NCBI GenBank assembly: GCA_048885865.1
Contig: JBHLLF010000009.1
Span: forward strand, 1 to 64,000
DNA from: Candidatus Hermodarchaeota archaeon
GTDB taxonomy: Archaea; Asgardarchaeota; Thorarchaeia; Thorarchaeales; Thorarchaeaceae
Reading direction: 5' to 3'
Length of the DNA: 64,000 bases
Shown: one piece after another, positions 49,852 to 59,772 of the stretch
Position numbering within the stretch: position 1 is the first letter of the stretch
Layout: every line of letters begins with the position of its first letter
Notes under the pieces: model-generated
What the model saw: only the letters and a program-made list of their open reading frames with translations
Databases searched by the model: none
Told to the model about the DNA's origin: nothing
Translations under genes and position numbers: made by a program

Positions 49852-50100
49852 TTGCGACTATTCAATCTCCTTAGTCCATTATCAGACTTTGTAAGCATGA
49901 TAGCAATTTACTTAGCTGAGATCTGGGACTTTCTAATCTTCCTTGGGAGGGTTTCAGGAGTAATTGTCATCCTTGTTGGGGCAATCCTCTGGTTTACTGA
50001 GGTCAATCCCGGTCGGGGAAAGGGATTGGTCGCCAGTGGGATACTCCTGTCAATTGTAGTGCAATACTTCGTGATGTATCCACCATCATTCGTACTCTGA
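49852..50100 (+). CDS. Small membrane protein
   Basis: GGTGA SD before TTG 49852; two to three TMs. Confidence 0.6.
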   Translation: MRLFNLLSPLSDFVSMIAIYLAEIWDFLIFLGRVSGVIVILVGAILWFTEVNPGRGKGLVASGILLSIVVQYFVMYPPSFVL

Positions 50101-50245
50101 CCTCATAACATCCCCGGTTTCACACACACCCGCTAGGCTCGGGGGCGATCTGCTCTCGAGCCACCTTCTATATAGATTACATGTTGCTCTTACCGAATTT
50201 TCCATTTCCAACAAATTTATTAATTATAGTTAATATTGGAAATTT

Positions 50246-51055
50246 ATGTCGAAGATAAATCCAATCTACCTACAGATTGCCAATGTGGTGGCGGTTGTAG
50301 GGAGCACAGTGTTCAATGCACTAGTGAACATTCTACCTCTCAACGGGATAACTACTGGTGAGGTTTCAAATGCGTATCCTAACCTCTTCACGCCTGCAAA
50401 CTACGTGTTCTCAATTTGGGGTGTAATCTACACATTACTATTCGTATTCATGTTCTATCAGATTAGAACGAGTCAACGTGACTCACAATACCTTCAGGAC
50501 ATTGGATACCTATACCTACTTAGTGCTGTGATAAACATCGCTTGGCTCACGGTATTCCATTATTCATATCCAGCCCCCAATGATCTAATCATTCTTACAA
50601 CAGTTCCCATTTTTGGACTGTTTCTGACCCTTCTCTACATCTACCTGCGATTAGGTGTTGGTGTGAAAGAGGCATCAAGGGGAGTGAAACTTGCAGTTCA
50701 TTTGCCCCTGAGCGTCTATCTCGGTTGGCTATCAGTCGCAACAATTGCAAATACAGCCTCTGTCCTCAATCATCTTGGGAGGAGTCCAGAGATTCCTATC
50801 CCGATTCAGGAGACTTGGACTGCGCTAGTGATAGTGGTTGCGTTCCTCATCACGGTTCTGATGTTGATCAGAAGAAGAGACTTTGCTTTCAGTTTCGTCG
50901 TCATTTGGGCCACAATAGGGATTGCAGCAAAACAAGCCGCTGTGCCTCTGATCTACTTCACTGCGTTGGGAGTTGCAGTCGCCATTCTTATACTCATTCT
51001 TCTACTTCCATTGTTGAAGAAAGAGGGTTTCTCAAAGTACTACATGATGGGCTGA
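50246..51055 (+). CDS. TspO/MBR-like tryptophan-rich membrane protein
   Basis: LFTPANYVFSIWGVIY, SVYLGWLSVATIAN. Confidence 0.85.
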   Translation: MSKINPIYLQIANVVAVVGSTVFNALVNILPLNGITTGEVSNAYPNLFTPANYVFSIWGVIYTLLFVFMFYQIRTSQRDSQYLQDIGYLYLLSAVINIAWLTVFHYSYPAPNDLIILTTVPIFGLFLTLLYIYLRLGVGVKEASRGVKLAVHLPLSVYLGWLSVATIANTASVLNHLGRSPEIPIPIQETWTALVIVVAFLITVLMLIRRRDFAFSFVVIWATIGIAAKQAAVPLIYFTALGVAVAILILILLLPLLKKEGFSKYYMMG

Positions 51056-51181
51056 GAGGGCGCGCGTTGGGCAAGTCTTTGCTCAGCGCACCTCTTTTAT
51101 TTTCCACATGAGGTAGAAAGGTACCAGTGAGTATATCACGGACCATGACCTAAGACTCCGAAAACAGATGATATCAGCGGG

Positions 51182-51646
51182 ATGAAAATGACTGGAAGAC
51201 AAATGGATTCAAAAACTCAGGAGAAACTAGCGCAACTGTTCGATTCTCAACTGATAGCTGTATTAGGAACTTCAAGTGATGACGATCCTTACACCTGTCT
51301 TGTGGGATTCAAGTTCACATCGGACCTCAAGAATGTCATTTTTGCTACCATGAGGAATCGCTTGAAGTATCGCCAAATCAGTTCAAATCCCAGAGTTTCA
51401 TTAATCATTGATGATCGGAAGAATTCTCCTTCGGACTTCAATCATGCCACATCGGTAACAATAGTAGGTACTGCAATAGACACTGAAGAACCAGAGCGTG
51501 AAAGGCTTGCAGACATGTTGGTTGAGAAACACCCGTTCCTGAAGGACTTCGTGAAAGATCCCAGCTGTGCAATCATGAAAGTCATGGTTGAGAGGATGTA
51601 TATTGTTGGTGATTTTGAGAAAGTGCAGAAAATCAATATGGCATAG
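51182..51646 (+). CDS. Pyridoxamine 5'-phosphate oxidase-like protein
   Basis: AVLGT...PY, FAT..N..K...I..NPRVSLIID. Confidence 0.88.
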   Translation: MKMTGRQMDSKTQEKLAQLFDSQLIAVLGTSSDDDPYTCLVGFKFTSDLKNVIFATMRNRLKYRQISSNPRVSLIIDDRKNSPSDFNHATSVTIVGTAIDTEEPERERLADMLVEKHPFLKDFVKDPSCAIMKVMVERMYIVGDFEKVQKINMA

Positions 51647-51695
51647 TCTCGCCCAACCAATTCTCTTTTAAGAATATGAAAATGTGAAACAGTTA

Positions 51696-51804
51696 GGGCC
51701 CGTTGCCTAGTCTGGTTTCAGTGAGCTTTTCGCCTCTGAAAGGCACATAGGGCGCTAGCCTTCTAAGTTAGAGGTCGACGGTTCAAATCCGTCCGGGCCC
51801 GCCA
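51696..51804 (+). tRNA. tRNA-Arg(TCT) with 31-nt D-loop intron (19/20; 51716-51746)
   Basis: GGGCCCG/CGGGCCC acceptor, CTAGC-CTTCTAA-GTTAG; strict BHB: CCTA/TAGG, GTCT/AGGC, TTCAG/CTGAA. Confidence 0.94.
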
Positions 51805-51814
51805 TCTGCTTCTT

Positions 51815-53557
51815 CTAATCAAACTTGAGAGCTCGTGCCAACCATGGTGAGATCTCGGTCCCTACGATTGATTCCAAGTGGAAAAGTCCCTCCAAGGATT
51901 CTTCAGTTCTTATTCTGGCTGCTCTTTTCGACCCAATTCCTGGGATAGCCTTCCACTGCGCAAGGGAAACAGTGTGTGCTTTGAGCGGGTAGGGAAGGAC
52001 TGTGACTGATCGAGGGCCATGATCAACAACAAATACGTCGGCATATACCCCCGGATCCGGTCCGCTCGGCATGAAGCAGAGCAATGGGTATGTACCAAGA
52101 GGCCGCAGAAGGTAGTTGTTGCCTTCCATCTGTTCCATGAAGACTGACTGAATCACAGTTCCAGAAGGTGCAACTTTCTTAATCATTTCCACATCGATTT
52201 CTTCACGAACCTGCTTCTTGTGTTGAAAGAAATCGTGCTTCTTGACCTTACTTTTCCTCGTATCTCCTACTCTCGTACCAGAAAATCCAATGACCTGGCG
52301 AATATTGATTCGACGTACGATGAGGTTCTCTTCCACTAAGTTCTGGAGAAACGCATAGTTGTACTCCAGAGTCTTTTTGCTCTCTCCCGGAAGACCGTAT
52401 AGGAGATTGATTCCAGGCAGTAGATGTGGAAGACCCCACTCTGGTCTATGGCCTCCGACCTCATTTAGCAGTCTTACCGCTTCAAGCACTTGGTCCTCGT
52501 CAGCCTTCAAATTGTTACGACGAATCACCTCTGGATCTACTGATTCCACCCCAAATGCGGCAACATCACCGGAAGTATGATGTTTAATGATAGACTTGGC
52601 CACCTCTGTGCTCTCATGTGGATGTCGCGCAATGGTGCCAGGATTCACGTTGTCGATATGAAGGACGTGTAATCCAGGGGCAGCTCTACGAACCTTAGAG
52701 AAGAGCTCCTCGATTACATCAGGATTCGGTTTCGGAAACTCTTCTTCACCAATTTCTTTGGACCCAAATGTAAACAGGTCTGCCTGATTGCCAATCCTGA
52801 ACGCTCTTGCACCCTGCTCATAGAGAGATTCGATCTCCTTTGCCACATCAGACGCAGTCCTTTGCATCGGTTTCCCATAGAGAGGCTCAGTGCAGAAGGA
52901 GCAACCACCGGAGATATAGCGAGGGCAGCCGCGGTATGTTTCAACCTCACAAATCATGTACCCTGCTGAATATCCAGGGTGTTGTGGTAGTACGCATGCG
53001 CCCCGTTTCGCAAACTCTTCTACTTCATCCAATGCGTTTCTGGTGCTAGAGAAATCGACTGAGGATAAATCTCCGTGCGCATCCATTATTCTAGCTGATA
53101 CTATCTCGGGGTCTCCCGTGGCAATGTAGTCGAATGGAGGGCTGAGGACATCCGAGCTCAGAGCTAGTCGTCCACCCTCAACTCCACAGCCAAATCGCGC
53201 CCATGGACCGACTAATACCTTTGGAATATCCTCTAGCCTAGCATCAGAAAAGAATCGTTTCGCTTCCTTCACAGAAATTGGCGTACCACCAAGATACTTG
53301 CCAGGGACGATCATCCCAGCAATGAGAAGGATAAGATCCGTGGTCGACCAAAGGTCTTGTGGGTCAGTATGCCTGCGAACAGTATCAATAGTCTGATAGA
53401 GGACCTCGGTCTTCGCAGACCTGCTCCAGATGGCTCCTGCGATATATCTGGGGTAAGGACTAACGTAAGGAGGCACTCCCAGATTCGTGGGTTCATCAAC
53501 ATAGCCATCAACGATGACAATTCTGTCCAGCTCATTCCCACTCCCTGAAGTTATCAT
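51815..53557 (-). CDS. Archaeal radical SAM protein with C-terminal helix-hairpin-helix
   Basis: DGYVDEP..LGVPPY, ETYRGCP.....GCSFCTEP, IPGIGSKRA; start ATG 53557 or CTG 53530. Confidence 0.9.
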   Translation of the reverse strand: MITSGSGNELDRIVIVDGYVDEPTNLGVPPYVSPYPRYIAGAIWSRSAKTEVLYQTIDTVRRHTDPQDLWSTTDLILLIAGMIVPGKYLGGTPISVKEAKRFFSDARLEDIPKVLVGPWARFGCGVEGGRLALSSDVLSPPFDYIATGDPEIVSARIMDAHGDLSSVDFSSTRNALDEVEEFAKRGACVLPQHPGYSAGYMICEVETYRGCPRYISGGCSFCTEPLYGKPMQRTASDVAKEIESLYEQGARAFRIGNQADLFTFGSKEIGEEEFPKPNPDVIEELFSKVRRAAPGLHVLHIDNVNPGTIARHPHESTEVAKSIIKHHTSGDVAAFGVESVDPEVIRRNNLKADEDQVLEAVRLLNEVGGHRPEWGLPHLLPGINLLYGLPGESKKTLEYNYAFLQNLVEENLIVRRINIRQVIGFSGTRVGDTRKSKVKKHDFFQHKKQVREEIDVEMIKKVAPSGTVIQSVFMEQMEGNNYLLRPLGTYPLLCFMPSGPDPGVYADVFVVDHGPRSVTVLPYPLKAHTVSLAQWKAIPGIGSKRAARIRTEESLEGLFHLESIVGTEISPWLARALKFD

Positions 53558-54524
53558 ATCCCGCTGTAGAGATTTCGAGTGGCCCTTCCGAGGTTTCGTA
53601 GTAGACTCCTTTGCCTTCCAAGGCATATCCTATCTGTTTCAGTGGAACATGCATTCTGGTGGCAATCGTGTATGCTTCATCCCAATGAGCCTCAGGTATA
53701 GCAAGTACTAGTATGAATTCCTCTCCACCCTCCATTACCATTTTCCATTCAGGAATGTAAAGGTCTCTTGAGAAATAGGTCACACCTTCTGCTATGGGCA
53801 AGTCTTCAATCATAAAGGACACATTGCTCTGGGCAGCCATTGTGTTCAGTGTGATGCCGAGACCATCACTGCTGTCCATCGAAGCTGATACAAGGCCTCT
53901 CTCAGCCAGTGCAGAAACAATTCCAAAATGAATATCTGGCCTATAAGCAGCGCCGATTGCTCGACTCCTAAGGTCATCATCAGCCTGTTTTCCCTTCAAA
54001 AGCACTTCAAATGCAACAGATGTAAGGCCAAAATCACCAGTGACGGCAATTACATCACCTTCTTTTGCGCCTCCGCGAGACACAATGCTGTCAGGTGATG
54101 CAATTCCTATTGCTACTCCTGTAAGCACCACGTCTCTCGAAGATCCGACATCTCCCCCAATGAATGGAACACCGGACTTCACGCAATATTGAGAGAATCC
54201 TCGAATCAGTTCTTTAGCTGCAAGGACATCAAACTCCTTTGGAACGCATAATGATAGCATCGTCGCGAGAGGCTTGGCACCCTTTGCAACGATATCGCTC
54301 AAGGCCATGACAGCGGTCTTTCTGCCAGCCTGGGCTTCAGTCATACCTGGTAGCCAGTCCGTTTCACGGACAAAAGTATCTACGTTGACAACGATACTCG
54401 TTCGGTCGGAGATTGGAATGTCAGAAGCGTCTTCATCAAATCCGAGTCGGGCATCAGCAATCTCATCAACGAGCTCTCTGATTCTCTTGAGAAACTCACG
54501 CTCTCCAATCTCTTTGGTGCTCAT
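53532..54524 (-). CDS. thiL: Thiamine-monophosphate kinase
   Basis: IGEREF, LSDIVAKGA.P, GGD, MDSSDGL, GGEEF. Confidence 0.92.
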   Translation of the reverse strand: MSTKEIGEREFLKRIRELVDEIADARLGFDEDASDIPISDRTSIVVNVDTFVRETDWLPGMTEAQAGRKTAVMALSDIVAKGAKPLATMLSLCVPKEFDVLAAKELIRGFSQYCVKSGVPFIGGDVGSSRDVVLTGVAIGIASPDSIVSRGGAKEGDVIAVTGDFGLTSVAFEVLLKGKQADDDLRSRAIGAAYRPDIHFGIVSALAERGLVSASMDSSDGLGITLNTMAAQSNVSFMIEDLPIAEGVTYFSRDLYIPEWKMVMEGGEEFILVLAIPEAHWDEAYTIATRMHVPLKQIGYALEGKGVYYETSEGPLEISTAGYDNFREWE

Positions 54525-54601
54525 CTGCTAGCCTCCTACCTGAATCCTTTGTGTTCATGATAAACTTTTATAACAAATACATTAGGTTGCGCCGCAGACG
54601 G

Positions 54602-54678
54602 GCCTCGGTGGCCAAGCGGTTTAAGGCGACTGCTTCGTAAGCAGTAGATCGGGGGTTCAAATCCCCCCCGGGGCTCCA
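54602..54678 (+). tRNA. tRNA-Thr(CGT), intronless
   Basis: GCCTCGG/CCGGGGC acceptor, ACTGC-TTCGTAA-GCAGT, U73, CCA. Confidence 0.95.
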
Positions 54679-54770
54679 CTTATTCTTCTCATGATATCAT
54701 TTGATTTTAGGAAAGCGGTCTTTCAGACCGCTCCAAAATGATATATCCTTCTTACGCAGCCAAGTAATGC

Positions 54771-55046
54771 ATGACAACGAAGAAGTCATTCACCAGTAGA
54801 GAGGCAAAAGAGATTGGAGATAGGCTTGGCATCAAGTGGGATGAATTTGATGTAGAGCAATTTCGAATGGGAATGGACGTGGAGTTAGAACACGGGAAAC
54901 GAGACGAAGCCACAAATGTGACTAACGATGATGCATTGATGACAGGCAAGATTGCGTTAGCCCACCTCAAGGAGTTCCCAGACTACTATGATAGGCTGGA
55001 CAAGCTTGAGGAAGAAGCAAAAGCCTTCTGGAAGGAACGGGAATAG
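54771..55046 (+). CDS. DUF5661 family protein
   Basis: QFRMGMDVELEHG, KIALAHL.E.PDYY. Confidence 0.85.
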   Translation: MTTKKSFTSREAKEIGDRLGIKWDEFDVEQFRMGMDVELEHGKRDEATNVTNDDALMTGKIALAHLKEFPDYYDRLDKLEEEAKAFWKERE

Positions 55047-55088
55047 AGTCGGATTGAAAGTCCTTGCTTTTGACCGAAATCATTCATC

Positions 55089-55703
55089 TCAAACAACTAC
55101 GCCGCTTTTGACGACAATTCGCAGAGTGTCCTTAATTTTACCCCAATCAAATGGTTTGCCTGTGACTAGTGAATAGAGTGACAGGCCGTTTGATGATCCT
55201 ATCAGTATTCCAGCCAGGCTCTCAGCATCGATGTCTTTTCTGAACTCACCGTTCGCTTGACCCTCTTCAATTATATCAGCGAGAAAGCGAAGTGTCTTGA
55301 AGTACTGTTTCTGGAACTTCGACCTCCAAGACTTCTGTCTTGAGGCCTGTATTTGGAGCTCAAATGTAAGCCGACATTGCTCATCGGATTCATCGAACAT
55401 AGAGTCTGGTAGGAGAGACAATGTCTTCTCCAACTTGGTCCAAGCTGAGTCTTCTGGGGAGAACAACGTCTTTACTCCCTCAAGACTGGTATCACTTGCC
55501 TTTTCCATTACGGATAGGAAAAGCTGCTCCTTACTGTCGAAATGTCCATATATGGCGCCTTTGCTATAGCCGCTTTCCTTGACGATGTCATCCATCGATG
55601 TTCCGTGATATCCCTTTTCTGAGAAAAGAGATTCTGCGGCTTCCAATATTGTGTTGAGAATCTGCTGCTTCTTTTCTGCGGTGACCTTTGGCATGTTAAT
55701 CAA
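55089..55703 (-). CDS. TetR/AcrR transcriptional regulator
   Basis: ILEAA..LFSEKGYHGTSMDDI...SKGAIY.HFDSKEQLF. Confidence 0.95.
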   Translation of the reverse strand: MINMPKVTAEKKQQILNTILEAAESLFSEKGYHGTSMDDIVKESGYSKGAIYGHFDSKEQLFLSVMEKASDTSLEGVKTLFSPEDSAWTKLEKTLSLLPDSMFDESDEQCRLTFELQIQASRQKSWRSKFQKQYFKTLRFLADIIEEGQANGEFRKDIDAESLAGILIGSSNGLSLYSLVTGKPFDWGKIKDTLRIVVKSGVVV

Positions 55704-55724
55704 TCATCTCATTCAATTCTAATG

Positions 55725-55847
55725 AAACCGACTGGTTAGTTTCGAATAAATGTATCGATTAGGGACTGAATTCTTGCGCCTGGCGGAAGATTTATATTAA
55801 AACCGACCGGTTAGTTTTAATAATAATAGAAACCGACTGGTCGGTTT
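55725..55847. promoter_or_regulatory. Three TetR-type palindromic operators
   Basis: AAACCGACyGGTyrGTTT at 55725-55742, 55800-55817 and 55830-55847 between divergent tetR and MFS genes. Confidence 0.85.
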
Positions 55848-55873
55848 ATATCAAGATAATAGAGGTAAAACAG

Positions 55874-57232
55874 TTGAAAACTGAAACAAAACAGGAAGAA
55901 CAGCAACTCTTGATAGAAGCTGTCACTATCGATACTGAATCGACGCTTCTCACCACTGATGAGGTGTCAATGGACCTACAGATTGATACTGATAAGACGC
56001 ACCAACTGAAGGATTTCATGAAGATACTAGGAGGTCAAGGATTCTCATTAGTTGGTAGTGCACTAGTTCAATTCTCACTAGTTTGGTGGTTGACCATAGC
56101 AACCGGGAGCGCAATAGTCCTAGCGATTGCCACAATCATGGCTTTGCTCCCTCAGATATTGATTAGTCCTTTCGCGGGAGTCCTGGTTGATAGGTGGGAT
56201 CGTCGCAAGGTCTTGATCACTTCAGATGGCATAGCCGCTTTGATGATTGTGGTACTAGCATTTCTGTTTGCTCAAGGGTCTGCCAATATTTTCCATGTAT
56301 ATGGCATAATGGCGATACGTTCGGCAGTTGGAGTGTTTCAATGGCCAGCATTGCAGGCGTCAGTTTCACTCATGGTACCCGATGAGCACCTATCTAGAAT
56401 CAATGGACTGTATCAGTCTCTGTCCGGACTGGCTCAAATAGCAGCTCCTCCTCTGGGAGCGATGCTTTTATTGATCATGCCAATTCAGACGATATTGCTG
56501 ATTGATATCGGCACTGCAGCTCTAGCAATCTTTCCATTGATGTTCATTAGGATTCCACAGCCAGACAGAGAACAATCAACACAGGAAAGCTCTTCCATTC
56601 TGACTGATATGATGCGAGGCGTGAGATTCCTTACACGATGGAGAGGTGGTCAATTCACGCTCGTTGCAATGATGATTACGAACCTGATTCTGATTCCTTC
56701 GATGTCATTAGTACCCATCTTAGCATTGGTTCACTTCAATGGAGGTGCATTTGAGTTAGCATGGCTTCAGTCAGCCCTGGGTGTGGGAATGCTGGTAGGT
56801 GGAATAGCATTGAGCGTTTGGGGCGGGTTCAAGCGTCGAATGGATACAGTGGTGGTAGCAATAGTCGCAATGGGCATAGCCATATTCGCGGTGGGAATGA
56901 CTCCGAGCGGATTATTCTTTCTGGCTGTTGCGGGACTGTTCATAGCGGGAGTTATGGTTCCAATGGCCTCTGGGTCTATAATGGCTATTCTACAGACCAT
57001 TGTTCCCAAGGAGATTCAGGGCCGGGTCTTCTCAGTTGTCATCAGTCTCTCACCATTGATGGCGCCTGTAGGTCTTGCAATAGCAGGCCCCATCGCTGAG
57101 GCGTTTGGAACGTCCATCTGGTATCTAATCAGTGGTGTTGTTATGATACTAATAGGAGTCGTAGGGCGTCTTGACACCACAATTATGGGAATGGAGGAGG
57201 CTGAAAACCTGCTCCCAGCCCCTCCATTGTGA
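55874..57232 (+). CDS. MFS efflux transporter (DHA3 / Mef-like)
   Basis: GQ.FS..GS.LVQF, AGVLVDRWDRRK, QGRVFS; about 12 TMs. Confidence 0.92.
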   Translation: MKTETKQEEQQLLIEAVTIDTESTLLTTDEVSMDLQIDTDKTHQLKDFMKILGGQGFSLVGSALVQFSLVWWLTIATGSAIVLAIATIMALLPQILISPFAGVLVDRWDRRKVLITSDGIAALMIVVLAFLFAQGSANIFHVYGIMAIRSAVGVFQWPALQASVSLMVPDEHLSRINGLYQSLSGLAQIAAPPLGAMLLLIMPIQTILLIDIGTAALAIFPLMFIRIPQPDREQSTQESSSILTDMMRGVRFLTRWRGGQFTLVAMMITNLILIPSMSLVPILALVHFNGGAFELAWLQSALGVGMLVGGIALSVWGGFKRRMDTVVVAIVAMGIAIFAVGMTPSGLFFLAVAGLFIAGVMVPMASGSIMAILQTIVPKEIQGRVFSVVISLSPLMAPVGLAIAGPIAEAFGTSIWYLISGVVMILIGVVGRLDTTIMGMEEAENLLPAPPL

Positions 57233-57254
57233 ATACCAAATGCGTCATGTAGAA

Positions 57255-57300
57255 CCCGGGGAGTGGCAGGCCAAACAACACTCCCCTGGGCCCCCTTTTC
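57255..57300 (+). terminator. Hairpin plus T-tract after the MFS gene
   Basis: GGGGAGTG/CACTCCCC stem followed by TTTT. Confidence 0.5.
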
Positions 57301-57407
57301 TAGCGTTATTCAGTGACCAATGATGATTTGCATGATTCGTGAAGAGCATCCAGTGAGTCGGCGTTTACCTTAAGGATTATAGTGTGCGAGCTGATTATCT
57401 ATAGCAT

Positions 57408-57752
57408 GTGAACGACATGACCAAAGCTTCCTATCCAGATATCATCAAGAAACTCCCGAAAGTGAAACACTCAATGGATGGCGTCGAGGGCTGGCTCGCT
57501 CAGGGGAAGGATTTCCAGATAGCATTCTTTGAGATTCAACCCACAGCAAAGGTGCCACCACACACCCACGGAGCTCAGTTCGGAGTCGTAATGGAGGGCG
57601 AAATTACCCTAACAATAGGCGATGACACTCAAGTCTATGGCAAGGGTGACACCTATATCATTCCTGCAGGCGTCATTCACCATGCAGAGTGCAAGTCTGT
57701 TGTCCTTGTAATGGACTATTTTGATGATGCAGATAGATATGAAACCGAATAG
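57408..57752 (+). CDS. Cupin domain protein
   Basis: PPHTH.AQ.G...IPAGVIH. Confidence 0.88.
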   Translation: MNDMTKASYPDIIKKLPKVKHSMDGVEGWLAQGKDFQIAFFEIQPTAKVPPHTHGAQFGVVMEGEITLTIGDDTQVYGKGDTYIIPAGVIHHAECKSVVLVMDYFDDADRYETE

Positions 57753-57756
57753 ATTC

Positions 57757-58011
57757 CTACTCCCTCCAAGCCTCATTCGAAAACTCGATTGCATGCAACA
57801 CCTTCTGACCGAACTCGTTTGAATCGCATTCAAAAGTGTACATCACAAATCCATCATAAGCAAAGAAGTGCATTCTTCGCACATGATAGATGATCTTCGG
57901 CTGTGCAACTTGCACAAGCTCAAGGAACTCGTCCCGCTTAAACTTCACACGGTAAGAACTTGTATGTTGAGCGGCTGCCGCCGCAGCGGCTGCTCCACCT
58001 GCAAATGCCAT
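57757..58011 (-). CDS. Hypothetical protein with Ala-rich N-terminus
   Basis: AGGTG SD; plausible 84-aa ORF. Confidence 0.7.
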   Translation of the reverse strand: MAFAGGAAAAAAAAQHTSSYRVKFKRDEFLELVQVAQPKIIYHVRRMHFFAYDGFVMYTFECDSNEFGQKVLHAIEFSNEAWRE

Positions 58012-58124
58012 CTTATTGCACCTAATGGTATTCTGAGTTTCTTGATATCTAAACTTGGCTCTTGAAGCAGCTTATTGCTGTGAATTACACAGTGCTTATC
58101 TGATAGGGACCATACTGCCAAGCT

Positions 58125-58892
58125 ATGGCTCATCCAGGAGTAATGCGCGATTCTGAGGGACGAGTCCCTCATGTATACCTGAGAGAAGGTGATGTCGCGG
58201 AATATGTCTTGCTGCCTGGCCCTCCAGAGAGAGCAAGAGTGACAGCCTCAATGTTTGACAGTTCCAAAGAATTGGGATTCCATAGGGAATACCTCAGCTT
58301 CACCGGGGAGTATCAGGGCATTGAGGTCTCAGTGGTGTCCACGGGAATGGGAGTCTTCTCTGCGGTCGTCGCAGTTGAAGAACTCGCCGCCATTGGAGCT
58401 AATACATTCATTAGAATTGGGTCATGTGCGACGTATCAAGAGGAGATTCAACTTGGGGATAACATCATAGCTACTGGGTGTATCAGGGACGAAGGGTGTA
58501 CACTGGAATATGCACCATTGGCATTCCCGGCAATACCTGACCTATCTGTGATGACAGCACTCATAGATTCAGCTAAGGAAGTCGGGGCCACGTATCATAC
58601 GGGAGTTGTGCGAACCTGTGAGAACTTTTACTTGCGCGACCGGTCACCAGTCCTCAATGCACAATATGCGAAACTGGGTGCTGTTGCTCTTGATATGGAG
58701 CTCTCTGCTATATTGATGGCTTCGATTGATTTGGGAAAAAGAGCTGGTGGCATTCTCACTGTGGGATCCAACTTGGTCACGACTGAGAACCGGTATAAGG
58801 GGGACCGAATCACTGAGTTTGACGCCGGCGAGAAGAATATGATAAGAATAGCCTTAGAAACGGTAAGAAAATTGCACTCTCAAGACCACTGA
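58125..58892 (+). CDS. Nucleoside (uridine-type) phosphorylase
   Basis: LPGPPER, HREY, STGMG, IRIGSC, RDEG, DME. Confidence 0.92.
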   Translation: MAHPGVMRDSEGRVPHVYLREGDVAEYVLLPGPPERARVTASMFDSSKELGFHREYLSFTGEYQGIEVSVVSTGMGVFSAVVAVEELAAIGANTFIRIGSCATYQEEIQLGDNIIATGCIRDEGCTLEYAPLAFPAIPDLSVMTALIDSAKEVGATYHTGVVRTCENFYLRDRSPVLNAQYAKLGAVALDMELSAILMASIDLGKRAGGILTVGSNLVTTENRYKGDRITEFDAGEKNMIRIALETVRKLHSQDH

Positions 58893-59227
58893 TCCACCTC
58901 TAGACCTGTGCAGCTGCCCACAGCTTTATTCGTATTCAGAAGAACTCAACCGGACCAAAGAGGCGAAAATAGAAATGAAATACATTAGAAAACGAAAGGC
59001 TAGGAAAAAGCACTGGCAGTCACTCCCCCCATTCGAGTGGTATGCAGCAGCAGGACGATGAGTACTCATTCACTCATCAATCTAGTTTCCCGAGGTCTTA
59101 ATGAATTGACGCAGTTTCACTGACCTCGGTCCATACTTCTTCTCGAAAATTGGCATCCTTGCTACGGGCCTCTCCGACATCTTTAAGTGATTTGAAAATG
59201 CATCACCAAATCGCGAACACAAACGAT

Positions 59228-59347
59228 GCGGAGGTTGCCAAGCCTGGCCAAAGGCGCTAGGTTGAGGGCCTAGTTCAGTAGTGATTCGCGAGACTCCGGG
59301 TAATTCGTAGACCCGGGGCGCGTATTCAAATCTCGCCCTCCGCACCA
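59228..59347 (+). tRNA. tRNA-Leu(GAG) with 32-nt T-arm intron (53/54; 59293-59324)
   Basis: GCGGAGG/CCTCCGC acceptor, CTAGG-TTGAGGG-CCTAG, long variable arm, GCGAG|TTCAAAT CTCGC; central helix CGCG/CGCG with AGA and TAT bulges. Confidence 0.93.
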
Positions 59348-59379
59348 CCTTCTTCTTGATTCATTGAAATAGATTATTA

Positions 59380-59607
59380 CTATTCTTTGTCATCAATTCC
59401 AGGTAGATGACCCCCATAAAACCCGCCCATGCCCATGCCTTTAACCCCTCCCAAGTTTGAAGCTTGTGGTGCCGTATCTGAATACCTCGCTTGTGCAGAA
59501 GGAACACTAGTTTGCGAAGACTTGTTCCTTCTATCTTCTGGATAAAGCAAGAGAATGAGTGCGATAATGATTACACCAGCGATAAGCCCAGTAAACCACA
59601 GATTCAA
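59380..59607 (-). CDS. Small single-TM protein
   Basis: N-terminal TM, Gly-rich tail; fills the space between tRNA-Leu and its repeat. Confidence 0.6.
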   Translation of the reverse strand: MNLWFTGLIAGVIIIALILLLYPEDRRNKSSQTSVPSAQARYSDTAPQASNLGGVKGMGMGGFYGGHLPGIDDKE

Positions 59608-59670
59608 CTCAGTTAGCTTCCGTATTGATTTTGGTTTGAGTTGAGATAAACATTACCACGAACGAGATAT

Positions 59671-59693
59671 TTCAAATCTCACCCTCCGCACCA
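59671..59693 (+). repeat. Direct repeat of the tRNA-Leu 3' end
   Basis: TTCAAATCTCACCCTCCGCACCA vs 59325-59347 (22/23). Confidence 0.9.
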
Positions 59694-59772
59694 CTTTTCC
59701 TATTCTCTTTGAGGACTAGCTATCTTCTTATTATCGGAATCAAACCGGAGTGTGTTTGAAAGGTGATCTCAT

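Noticed and set aside
53528-53557. CTG start for the radical SAM gene
   Set aside because: Plausible from the SD position, but an in-frame ATG at 53557 is available, so it is not supported on its own.
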